Source: Verrucomicrobiota bacterium (GTDB lineage Bacteria > Verrucomicrobiota > Verrucomicrobiia > Verrucomicrobiales > V1-33). From it: 64,000 nt of DNA. Both the position numbers and the translations under genes were made by a program. The stretch is from positions 4,859 to 68,858 of the forward strand of contig JAZKFB010000053.1 of NCBI GenBank assembly GCA_040386695.1, given 5' to 3'. Of this stretch, positions 18,610 through 27,180 are shown piece by piece (the first letter of the stretch is position 1; each line of letters opens with the position of its first letter). A model generated the notes under the pieces. That model was not told where the DNA came from. It saw only the letters and a list, made by a program, of their open reading frames with translations, and ran no database searches.

Positions 18610-18734
18610 AGGAGGCTGGACCATAAAAAGAAGGGGTGCGGGTGCCGGACACGCGAGGACCGGGCGCGGCGGGGACAGGCGGGAATGCCGCCCGTCATAC
18701 CGGGCGGCCATGCCGTGGAAACGGATTGCCCTGT

Positions 18735-21608
18735 TTATTTCTGCAGGCGGAAAAACTGCCGTGCCATTGAAATGGGGAGCGCCACCTCATAGCGTCCGGC
18801 GCTCAGGACGGGCATGATGGTCACAGGGGTCCAAGGGCTGGTGATGAGGTCCTCGGTGGTGTGAAGCTTGAATCCGGCCGCGCTTTCCGGCCAGGAAAGC
18901 AGGATGCCTTCCCCGCCGCGGGCAATGGCCAGTTCGGCGGTTTCCGTTACGGTGTTCCCGAAATTCCGGTAATGCGCCACAGTCTGGGCGGCGGCGTTGA
19001 TGCTCGCCGTGGCGAGACCCAGGGAGACGGTTTCGGGGTAAGGAATCTCCGGCGTGAACTGATTGCCGATGCGTGTCCAATCGCTGCCATTGGTGCTGTA
19101 AAAAGCCGTGAAGGTGTTGCCGGCGCGCATGAGCCGGAACCACACATCCGGATAGGCGAAACCGGCCCCGCGCGTGATATAGGAATCGCCCGGGGAGAGG
19201 GTGGTATCGCCGTCGATTTCCTGACGGACGGTGCTGAGCCAGTGATTGTCCCCTCCGGCGGGATAAGTGCCCACAAAGAAATTCCGGCTTCCCGCTCCCA
19301 GATCCTCGCGCACCATCAGGCCACCGCGGGTGGAACCATTGATCAGGTCAAGCCGGGTCATCTGCACGCGGACATCAAAATCGCCGGTGCGTTCCCGATG
19401 CACAAAGTGGAAAGAATCCTGCGTGAGCCAGATATCGGCCCCGGCGGCTTTGACATCGAAGGCATCCGCTGCCGTGGCGTTGGCGCTGGAGGGAGGATTC
19501 ACCAGGCCGATGTCCTCGCTGATCCAAGGCAGAATCTGTCCGTTGAGAGGAGCATTCAACACATTGAGCGCCAGATCGCTCACGCCGTTGATGGTGCCCT
19601 GGAAGCTGGAGCCGCTGATTCCGGAAACCAGCAGCAGCACGGACTGTGCATCCTCCTGAAGCTGCACCTCATGAACCACGCCGCCGGCGGCAAGGGTGTA
19701 GTGGAATCTGTCCACGGCACTGACCGGGTCCAGGATTTCATCGAAGCGGATCAGGATCGACGCCCCTCCAAGGCTGATGGCCGAAACAACCACAGGAGGC
19801 GCGTTGTCCGGGATAACGGTCAGGATCACTTCATTGCTCAGCTTGCTGTCGCCGCCGGAAACCGAGGCCCGCAGCTGGAATTTGGCACCGCTGTCGGTCC
19901 GGGCCAGGTCCCCGGTGGTGTAGGTGGCGGTATTGGCTCCGGGAATGGCCACGCCGTCGCGCAGCCATTGATAGTCCACATTCTCAAGGGCGGTGCCCGT
20001 GACGGTGACCCCGGCTTCGAAGGTGGCTTTGGTATTCTCAAGCACGCTCACCGGGACCGGCTGCTGGACAAACGTGATCACACTGCCGGGCAGGCCAAAG
20101 TCCCCGAAATTCCGGAAAACCGCGTCCACCATGGGGGCACCCGCCGCCTGGTCGCCGAAGGAGGTCGCGCCCATGCCAACCAGCACGGTGGCGGGGAAAG
20201 CCTCGTCGGGGGTCCAGGAATCGCCGACCTGCGTCCAGACTTCGCCGTCGGGACTGCCATAGGTGGTGAAGCTTTCGCCGCTGCGCCGCAGCCGCAGCCA
20301 GGCATTGGGGAAATTGACGCCTCCCGGCCAGCTGAGTCTCCAGTTTCCTTCAAGAACGGAGGAGGCTCCGAAGGTGGTTTCCCGTCGGAAGGCGGTCCAG
20401 TTACGGTCGCGGGGATAAACGGTGACCGAGACGTGACGGCTCTCGGCCTCCAGGCCTTCGCGGACCATCAGCAGGGCTTTGGCATTGGCATTGGCGGCAG
20501 CGGGACCCAGGGCCGCCACCTGCACTCTGACGTCAAAATCGCCCGTTTTTTCCACGGGAGCGAAGAGGAAGGAATCTTCATTGAACCAGACATCATAACC
20601 GCCCGCATGAAGAGTCAGGGACCCCTCAGCCGTGGAATAGGCCGAGCCCGGCTCCGCCGGCAGGCCCACATCGGCCACGTTCCGGGTCACGACCCTGCCG
20701 GTCTGCGGCGTGGCTGCGGCCGTGTTGCCCGCAGCATCCTTCACGCCGCCGGGAGTCACGGAGAACGTGGCGCCGTTCAGGCCGCTGACAGTGAGCAGCA
20801 CCGTTCCGCCGTCGGCCAGAAGCTCGGCGGAAACCACCCTCACGCCCGCGGTCACGGTGTAGCTGGCGGGATTCCCGGCGCTGTCGGCATCAAGGGCCTC
20901 ATCGAAGGCCAGTCCGATGGTCGCCCCGTTCAAACTGCCCGCCGAAAGCAGCCTGGGCGGGGTGGTGTCCGGCACGTCCACCGCAGGCGCGGTCTGCAGG
21001 GTCACATTATCGAAGCCGAAAAAATCCGTCTCCCCGCTGTAGCCGGTGACACTCCACTGGACCGCCAGAGAGCCGGCGGGCACCGTCCCCCCGGTGACCA
21101 CAATCTGGTTGGCGGAACCGGAAACCGTGCCGCTGTAAAGATTGCCGGTATGAGCGACGGTTCCCGCCGCCGTCTCGCCCAGGCCGGTGAAAACCCCGCC
21201 GCTGACCGTTCCCAGCTGGAAGCTGTAATCGGCGGTGCCTCCCGTGTTTCCCGCCACAAATCCCATGTCGAAATGCAGGGTGTAGCGGGTTTGCGGCAGC
21301 AGGGCCACGCTCTGTGCCGGCATATACCGCACGGTATAGACATCCAAGGCTCCGGTGCCGATGATGCCGCCATTGGCGCCGGCGGCGTCAAAAATGCGGG
21401 CGGTCCCGCTGACATCCGTCCAGCCCGCCTGGGGCAGAGTGGCCACGGCCTCAGTTTCAAAGGTGGAGGAGATCGAAAGCCCGTCCAGCCCGGCGGTGAA
21501 CTCCGCGCGGGCGGAAGCCGCAAAACTTGTAAAAATCACCATGGATACAGCTGCGGGTGTCCATTTCCTGGCAGGGTGGCGAAGAGAGCGGGGGGAGCCT
21601 TGTTTCAT
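18735..21608 (-). CDS. secreted protein with N-terminal lectin-like domain, duplicated [Ig-like + ConA/DUF1349-like] modules and an I-set Ig domain
   Basis: Signal peptide ending ASARA. DTTPPRLLSAG... and DNAPPVVVSAI... Ig-like segments are each followed by GDFDVRVQ-containing jelly-roll segments (AGGYDVWFNEDSFLFAPVEKTGDFDVRVQ; AGADIWLTQDSFHFVHRERTGDFDVRVQ). An I-set-like YQWLRDGVAIPG segment is also present. Confidence 0.8.
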   Translation of the reverse strand: MKQGSPRSLRHPARKWTPAAVSMVIFTSFAASARAEFTAGLDGLSISSTFETEAVATLPQAGWTDVSGTARIFDAAGANGGIIGTGALDVYTVRYMPAQSVALLPQTRYTLHFDMGFVAGNTGGTADYSFQLGTVSGGVFTGLGETAAGTVAHTGNLYSGTVSGSANQIVVTGGTVPAGSLAVQWSVTGYSGETDFFGFDNVTLQTAPAVDVPDTTPPRLLSAGSLNGATIGLAFDEALDADSAGNPASYTVTAGVRVVSAELLADGGTVLLTVSGLNGATFSVTPGGVKDAAGNTAAATPQTGRVVTRNVADVGLPAEPGSAYSTAEGSLTLHAGGYDVWFNEDSFLFAPVEKTGDFDVRVQVAALGPAAANANAKALLMVREGLEAESRHVSVTVYPRDRNWTAFRRETTFGASSVLEGNWRLSWPGGVNFPNAWLRLRRSGESFTTYGSPDGEVWTQVGDSWTPDEAFPATVLVGMGATSFGDQAAGAPMVDAVFRNFGDFGLPGSVITFVQQPVPVSVLENTKATFEAGVTVTGTALENVDYQWLRDGVAIPGANTATYTTGDLARTDSGAKFQLRASVSGGDSKLSNEVILTVIPDNAPPVVVSAISLGGASILIRFDEILDPVSAVDRFHYTLAAGGVVHEVQLQEDAQSVLLLVSGISGSSFQGTINGVSDLALNVLNAPLNGQILPWISEDIGLVNPPSSANATAADAFDVKAAGADIWLTQDSFHFVHRERTGDFDVRVQMTRLDLINGSTRGGLMVREDLGAGSRNFFVGTYPAGGDNHWLSTVRQEIDGDTTLSPGDSYITRGAGFAYPDVWFRLMRAGNTFTAFYSTNGSDWTRIGNQFTPEIPYPETVSLGLATASINAAAQTVAHYRNFGNTVTETAELAIARGGEGILLSWPESAAGFKLHTTEDLITSPWTPVTIMPVLSAGRYEVALPISMARQFFRLQK

Positions 21609-21674
21609 GGGATGGCGGGATAAAACGGGGGGAGGAATCGGAAATCGGAGCGGTGGGAAATGAGGACCGGGGTC

Positions 21675-22400
21675 TCAGCAGGCTGCCTTGGCGGCACGTT
21701 TCCGACGGCCGGCAGCCAGGGCCAGGCCGGAGACGGCGAACAGACTGGCGGCGGGTTCGGGCACCGGACTGGCATCCAGGGTGACTTTGTTGAACCCGAA
21801 AAAGTCCGAGGAGTCCGCAGCCCGGGTGCTGAAGGTTTGCGCCCATTCCAAGGCCAGACTCCCAGCGGGAGCGATGGCTCCGGTGGTGAAATCCAAGGTC
21901 ACGGAAATCACATTTTCCGATCCCGAGTGCATATTTCCCGCATAGGCCGCGATTCCGGCAATGGACCCCAGAGCGGTGTAGGCTCCGCCGGACAGGCTGC
22001 CCAGTGAGAAGCTGTATTCCGACAATCCGCCGCCATTACCCGCTAAATAGCCGATTCCGAACGTCAGGGAATACCTGGTGTCCGGCAGGAAAGCCACCGG
22101 CGTGGCCGGACTGTAGCGCACGCTGTAGTTGTCATAGGGCGCGTTGTTGTGGATCAGGGATCCGTCACCGCCGAGATCAAAAAACCGGGCTTCCCCGGTG
22201 ACATTGGTCCAGCCCAGCAGTCCGGCGGTTCCCAGAGGCGTGACGCCCTGACCGCTGAGGGTGCTGGAGGGGGAAATCCCGTCCAAACCGGCAATGGCGG
22301 CGGCATTCAGTGCGGCGGGAGCGCTGAGCAGCAGCACCAGAAGCGCGGAGCACCCATTTTGAGGAAACCGGGAAGCGGGGTAAAAAGGAGTGCGTTTCAT
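21675..22400 (-). CDS. PEP-CTERM sorting-domain secreted protein, paralogous to the N-domain of the downstream 957-aa protein
   Basis: Signal peptide CSALLVLLLSAPAALNA. C-terminus VPEPAASLFAVSGLALAAGRRKRAAKAAC. The body aligns with aa ~36-215 of ORF 18735..21608 (GLDG.S.SST, GWT.V.G.AR.FD, Y.VRY.PA..VA.LP.TRY.L.F..G..AGN.GG...YSF.LG..SGG, DFFGF..VTL). Confidence 0.8.
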   Translation of the reverse strand: MKRTPFYPASRFPQNGCSALLVLLLSAPAALNAAAIAGLDGISPSSTLSGQGVTPLGTAGLLGWTNVTGEARFFDLGGDGSLIHNNAPYDNYSVRYSPATPVAFLPDTRYSLTFGIGYLAGNGGGLSEYSFSLGSLSGGAYTALGSIAGIAAYAGNMHSGSENVISVTLDFTTGAIAPAGSLALEWAQTFSTRAADSSDFFGFNKVTLDASPVPEPAASLFAVSGLALAAGRRKRAAKAAC

Positions 22401-22517
22401 GGATTTGGGTGTTGGTTGGAACGTGGTGGAGGATCCGGCGCGTTCAGGCTTCCCTTACGCTGCAAAAGCAGGGCTTGGAGCGGGAGGGTATCCTTCAATG
22501 CCACGTGTGGCGCGATC

Positions 22518-22547
22518 GTGACAGTCACGGGATCTCGTATATATGAT
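22518..22547 (+). promoter_or_regulatory. candidate sigma70-type promoter for the propeller sensor kinase
   Basis: GTGACA (22518-22523), an 18-nt spacer, then TATGAT (22542-22547). It overlaps the palindrome CGTGACAGTCACG (22517-22529). Pattern match only. Confidence 0.2.
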
Positions 22548-22641
22548 CAGACCTCCAGCCCGGCGACTTTCCAGGAATAACATGTTTCGCGATGCTTTCA
22601 TTTTCCCAAAAAACGACAGACCCGCATGCCGGCGGTCATGG

Positions 22642-25602
22642 ATGGTGCGGGCTCTCCTGCGGGGCCTGGTCTGGCTGGCCGCCGCGGCCGCTCCTGTCCG
22701 CGGTCAGGAATCACAGTCCCCGCTTCCCTTGGTCCGGATCTGGCAGACGGAGCAGGGCCTGCCCCAGAATACAGTGACGGCGGTGACCCGCACCCGGGAC
22801 GGCTATTGCTGGATCGGGACGCTGCACGGCCTGGCGCGTTTTGACGGGCTGAGGTTTGTGGTCTTTAACAGTTCCAACACCCCCGCTTTTAAATCCGACC
22901 GGATTTCCGCGCTGGCGCAGGACATGGCGGGGAATCTGTGGATCGGAACGCAGGGTGGGGGAGTGGTGCGCCTGCGGGGCGGGAACGCGGCGGCGGACGG
23001 GGTTGGAGCCGGGACCTTCACTCATTTATCCGTCGCCCAGGGCTTGGCTTCGGACATGACCACCTGTCTGACGGCGGGTGCGGACGGCGCGGTGTGGGTG
23101 GGGACGGTGTATGGATTGAGCTGTTTCCACGGCGGGCGGTTCACTACATACCGGGCGCGCGATGGTTTGCCCGGCACGGAAATCCTGGCCCTGGCCCCGG
23201 ATGGCGCGGACGGCATCTGGATAGGCACCAACCTTGGGCCGGCCCATTGGAAAAAGGGGGTGCTGACGCCGCACCACTGGCTGATGCCGGTGGACGGCTT
23301 GGCGGATGCCGGGAACGGCGAAATGTGGGTCAGCGGAAAACCCTTTGGACTGCTGCGGGGGCGGATTGGCAATATTCAGAAAATGACACAAATGCTGCCG
23401 CTGGGACGGGTCACGGCGCTGAGCGCCCGCCCCGGCGGCGTGGCCCTGGCGGCCATGGAGGACGGAGCCCTCGCGAGATTTGAAAGCGGCGGAAAAGCTG
23501 CCGTTGGCGCCGCCTTGCTTCCGGGCGGCATCCGCAGCCTGTATCAGGATGATGAGCGGAATGTGTGGGCCGGACTGAACGGCGGCGGTCTGGCCAGACT
23601 GAAGGAGCGGCAGCTGATTCCCATTCCCACTCCCGGCGGCGGCATGGATGCGGTGATCGCCCTTGCCCGGGACCGGGAGGACCGTATCTGGGCCGGCGGG
23701 GCCTCCGGGGAGCTGATGCTTTTTCAGAAGAACCGCTTTCATCCGGTGAATGCCGGACCGGGTTTCGGCGCCAAAGGCTCCATCCTTACGCTTTGTGCGG
23801 GCCGCGGGGGATCGCTCTGGATCGGGAAGCGCGGAGGCGGGCTTTACCGCTGGGATCAAGGAAATGTGAGCGTGCCCGATGCCGGGGGCAAATCCATCGC
23901 GGCAGTGGTCACCGCGCTGTTTGAGGACCAATCCGGCCAGCTGTGGATCGGGACCGAGGCCGAGGGAATTTTAAACTACCACCAGGGCAAATTCACGAGG
24001 TTCACCCGGCGGGACGGTTTTTCCCGTGATCAGGCCAACGGCATCGCACAGCAGCCGGACGGAACACTGTGGTTTGGCACGGCGGACGGGGGGATCAACT
24101 GCCTGCGGAAGGGCGAAGTGCGGACTTTCAGTACTGCGGATGGCCTGGGCAGTGATGCTGTGCGCGCGCTGATGGTGGACCCCGGGGGGCTGTTGTGGGT
24201 GGGAACCAAGGGCGGCCTGTCACTTTACCGGAACGGGCGGTTCTTCTCCTTCACGGCCGGCCACGGATTAACCCACGGGATGGTGTCGCAGATCGGCGGG
24301 GACAATGCCGGACATTTCTGGCTGGGGTCAAACCGCGGGCTGCTGCGGGTGCCGCGCACGGAGCTGCTGGAGGTCGCGGCGGGACTGCGGGAGAGAGTCA
24401 CGGCCGTCCCCTTTGGCAGTGGCGACGGCGTGCCCAGCCCGGAATGCCCGGAGGGGCGGCAGAACGCCACTTTGATGGATCCGGCGGGCAGACTGTGGTT
24501 TACGACCATCTGGGGCCTGGTGGCGGTCGACCATCCCGCACCGGAAACCACTCTGCTCACTGCGCCGCCGGCGGTGGTGGAGCAGGTGACGCTTAATGAC
24601 GGCACGGCGCTGGCGGACCCGCTGATTTTTGGAGAAGGGGGGCATTTTCCCGGCATTCTGAGCGTTCCGCCGGGCCTTCGCCGGTTAGAATTTCAATTCA
24701 CCTCGCCCCGTTTGCGCTCGCCTGAAAAAATCAACTTCCGTTACCGCATGACGGGGCTGGATGCTGAATGGACCCACAGCGGCACTGGCCGGAACGCGGT
24801 GTACTTCCGGCTGCCGCCCGGAGCTTATGAGTTTCAGGTGGAGGCCTCCGGTGAGGAGGGACGGTGGGCGGGATCCCCGGGAGTAGCAGTCCTGGTGCAG
24901 CCGCATTACTGGGAAACCACTCTTTTTAAAGCCGGGGTCGGAGCGGTCGTGCTCCTGGCCGTGGCCGGACTCCTGCATCTGCGCAGCCAGCGCCGCCGGG
25001 AACTGGAACAGGTGCGGATGCGCATCGCGGGGGATTTGCACGACGAACTGGGGAGCAACCTCGCGGGCATTGTCCTGCTCAGCCGCCGCGTGGGCCGCCA
25101 GTCCGTGATCGGCGGGCGGGAGCGCGGGGAACTGGGCGAGATCAGCCGCATTGCCGTCCAGAGCACCCAGGCCGCGCGGGACATTGTATGGTTTATCAAT
25201 CCCTCCTGCGACACCGCCCGGGAGATGATCCAGCGCATGAAGGAAACCGCCGCCATCCTGCTCACGGAGATCCCTTATGACTTCCAGGCTCCGGAGGCCA
25301 CGGATCAGGAAAGCCTGCCGCCGGAGTTCCGCCGCCATCTGTTTCTCGTTTTTAAAGAGCTGCTCCACAACATTGTGCGCCACTCCGGAGCCACGCGGGT
25401 GGAGATCACTGTTCACTTCATTAACCGGATTTTTAGTATTTCCGTGCGTGACAACGGCGTGGGTTTTAATTCAAAAGAAACTCAGCACAGCGGCGGTTTG
25501 AAAAATGCTCAGCTCCGTCTGAAGCGCCTTCACGGGAAGCTGCATGTCCGCAGCTCGCCCGGCGGGGGCAGTCTGATCGAATTCTCCGCCCCTCTGACCT
25601 GA
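22642..25602 (+). CDS. sensor histidine kinase with periplasmic two-component-regulator propeller repeats and Y_Y_Y domain, HisKA_3/HATPase_c
   Basis: The track ORF starts at 22543. Met 22642 (MVRALLRGLVWLAAAAAPVRG) gives a direct signal/TM start. Repeated WIGT..GL propeller motifs. Y_Y_Y-like FRYRMTGLDAEWTHSGTGRNAVYFRLPPGAYEFQVEA. TM LFKAGVGAVVLLAVAGLLHL. H-box IAGDLHDELGSNL. ATPase LLHNIVRHSGA, VRDNGVGF. Confidence 0.85.
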   Translation: MVRALLRGLVWLAAAAAPVRGQESQSPLPLVRIWQTEQGLPQNTVTAVTRTRDGYCWIGTLHGLARFDGLRFVVFNSSNTPAFKSDRISALAQDMAGNLWIGTQGGGVVRLRGGNAAADGVGAGTFTHLSVAQGLASDMTTCLTAGADGAVWVGTVYGLSCFHGGRFTTYRARDGLPGTEILALAPDGADGIWIGTNLGPAHWKKGVLTPHHWLMPVDGLADAGNGEMWVSGKPFGLLRGRIGNIQKMTQMLPLGRVTALSARPGGVALAAMEDGALARFESGGKAAVGAALLPGGIRSLYQDDERNVWAGLNGGGLARLKERQLIPIPTPGGGMDAVIALARDREDRIWAGGASGELMLFQKNRFHPVNAGPGFGAKGSILTLCAGRGGSLWIGKRGGGLYRWDQGNVSVPDAGGKSIAAVVTALFEDQSGQLWIGTEAEGILNYHQGKFTRFTRRDGFSRDQANGIAQQPDGTLWFGTADGGINCLRKGEVRTFSTADGLGSDAVRALMVDPGGLLWVGTKGGLSLYRNGRFFSFTAGHGLTHGMVSQIGGDNAGHFWLGSNRGLLRVPRTELLEVAAGLRERVTAVPFGSGDGVPSPECPEGRQNATLMDPAGRLWFTTIWGLVAVDHPAPETTLLTAPPAVVEQVTLNDGTALADPLIFGEGGHFPGILSVPPGLRRLEFQFTSPRLRSPEKINFRYRMTGLDAEWTHSGTGRNAVYFRLPPGAYEFQVEASGEEGRWAGSPGVAVLVQPHYWETTLFKAGVGAVVLLAVAGLLHLRSQRRRELEQVRMRIAGDLHDELGSNLAGIVLLSRRVGRQSVIGGRERGELGEISRIAVQSTQAARDIVWFINPSCDTAREMIQRMKETAAILLTEIPYDFQAPEATDQESLPPEFRRHLFLVFKELLHNIVRHSGATRVEITVHFINRIFSISVRDNGVGFNSKETQHSGGLKNAQLRLKRLHGKLHVRSSPGGGSLIEFSAPLT

Positions 25603-25633
25603 GCTTCAATCCTCCCGCCCAATTTGCCCGCCT

Positions 25634-26272
25634 ATGAATCACCCTATTTCCATATGGCTCATTGAGGACAACGCTGCCTTCAGCGGCATTGTGGTGCGGC
25701 TGCTGAACGATGTGCCGGATTTCAACTGCGCGCCGCCTTTCTCTTCCTCGGAGAGCGCTCTCAAAAGCTTGCGGCATTCCGTGCCGGATGTCATTCTCCT
25801 GGACGTGCAGCTGCCCGGCATGAATGGCATCCGCGCCATCCGCGAGATCAAGTCGCGCGCCCCGGCCGTCAATGTGGTGATGCTGACCGTCTTTGATGAG
25901 CAGGAAAAAATCCAGCAGGCGGTGATGGCCGGGGCCTCCGGATATCTGCTCAAAACCTCATCCGAGGAGGAAATCGCCGAAGCCGTCCGCCTGGCAGCGC
26001 AGGGAGGCTCGCCCATGCACCGGAATGTGGCCGGAGCCATGTGGAAGATGTTCGCCCGCCTGGCCAGGCCGCAGCAGGATTTCGGCCTTACGCCAAGGGA
26101 AACCGAAATTCTTCAGGGAGCCGCCAAGGGCATGGTCAACAAGGAAATCGGGGACCTTCTGAGCATGAGCATCCATACCGTGGATGCCCATCTGCGCCGC
26201 ATCTACCAGAAGCTGGGCGTCCACAGCCGTGCTGCCGCCGTGGCTAAAGGCCTGCGCCAGCCGACGGTTTGA
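25634..26272 (+). CDS. NarL/LuxR-family response regulator
   Basis: Receiver domain (IWLIEDN..., phospho-Asp context VILLDVQLPGMNG, LLKTS). LuxR HTH LTPRETEILQGAAKGMVNKEIGDLLSMSIHTVDAHLRRIYQKLGV. Confidence 0.9.
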   Translation: MNHPISIWLIEDNAAFSGIVVRLLNDVPDFNCAPPFSSSESALKSLRHSVPDVILLDVQLPGMNGIRAIREIKSRAPAVNVVMLTVFDEQEKIQQAVMAGASGYLLKTSSEEEIAEAVRLAAQGGSPMHRNVAGAMWKMFARLARPQQDFGLTPRETEILQGAAKGMVNKEIGDLLSMSIHTVDAHLRRIYQKLGVHSRAAAVAKGLRQPTV

Positions 26273-26594
26273 GCCTTTCCGCGCCCAAAACAGGCGACCC
26301 TTGAATTGTCCTGCACTATGGGATTTTCACGCAACGGCAACGTGTATCCGTGCCCTGAAGAGGCCCCCTTGGGCACGGCGCATTCCTCCCTTGGAGCAAA
26401 GGATACTTTCTGAGCCTTGCGCCATGCGGTGCTCACGCCGTAAATGGCGTTGTTGAACCGTTTGGGGCCTGCGGTTTTGGCATAACCCGCCGCTCATTCC
26501 CGGCAGGCCGCCGGGGTGATTTTCCGGATTTCCATTTCCGAAACCTCCGGCCAGCTCCGGGGGACGGAGGCGAGAGCGCTGTCCGCCGGACGTT

Positions 26595-27089
26595 CTATTT
26601 CTGACGTTTGAAGATGATTTCGCGGGAGCGGGAACCGTCGGGTTTTCCGTCATCGCCCACGGCCAGCAGATTCACGGTCATGGTGTCGGCGTCGGTTTTG
26701 ATGTGCTCGGTGGCGAACTTCCGTTCGGTTCCGTCCGCCTGCACCGCTTTCAGGATGAGGGTGGGATGGCCGTTGTATTCGATCCAGCGGCCGGTGGACA
26801 CGCCGCCGGTGTTGTCGGCGGAGCCATAAACCACCTCGTCCTCCGTGCCGGGCTTGCGGATGATCATGCCCTCGCTCTCGCGGTCACCCATTTTGAAGGC
26901 GAACCCAATGGCGTGTTTGTCCAGTTTCCAGGTGTAGGAAAGCACCGCGTTCCCATCCTCCGCGGCCCACTTGCCGATGATCCACTCCGTGCCGTGGGCC
27001 CTGGTCAGTTCCTCCAGCGTTTTGGCGCGGAGAGTGGAGGCGGCGGGAAGCAGGACGCTGAAAGCGAGAATAAGGACGGCAAGTTTCAT
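26595..27089 (-). CDS. exported hypothetical protein (164 aa)
   Basis: Clear signal peptide MKLAVLILAFSVLLPAASTLRA and non-repetitive, balanced composition. It lies 91 nt downstream of the DUF4340 gene on the same strand. Confidence 0.6.
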   Translation of the reverse strand: MKLAVLILAFSVLLPAASTLRAKTLEELTRAHGTEWIIGKWAAEDGNAVLSYTWKLDKHAIGFAFKMGDRESEGMIIRKPGTEDEVVYGSADNTGGVSTGRWIEYNGHPTLILKAVQADGTERKFATEHIKTDADTMTVNLLAVGDDGKPDGSRSREIIFKRQK

Positions 27090-27180
27090 AAGTGCCGCCG
27101 GTTATGGGGATTCCACAGGAAAAAGGCAAAACTTTTTCCTGGCCCGCCGCCGTCATCCTCATTCATCATCCGGCAGCCCG

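Noticed and set aside
26478-26512. Short similarity between TTGGCATAACCCGCCGCTCATTCCCGGCAGGCC and the subterminal part of the ISL3 relic (minus strand around 8640-8675, TTGGATTTTACCCCCCGCTCATTCCCGCTGCGCC). An NGVVEPFG-like peptide lies nearby, suggesting a second IS remnant.
   Set aside because: The match is only ~30 nt with gaps, and there is no terminal repeat or further transposase-like coding signal around it. That is too little to call a feature without a genome-wide alignment.
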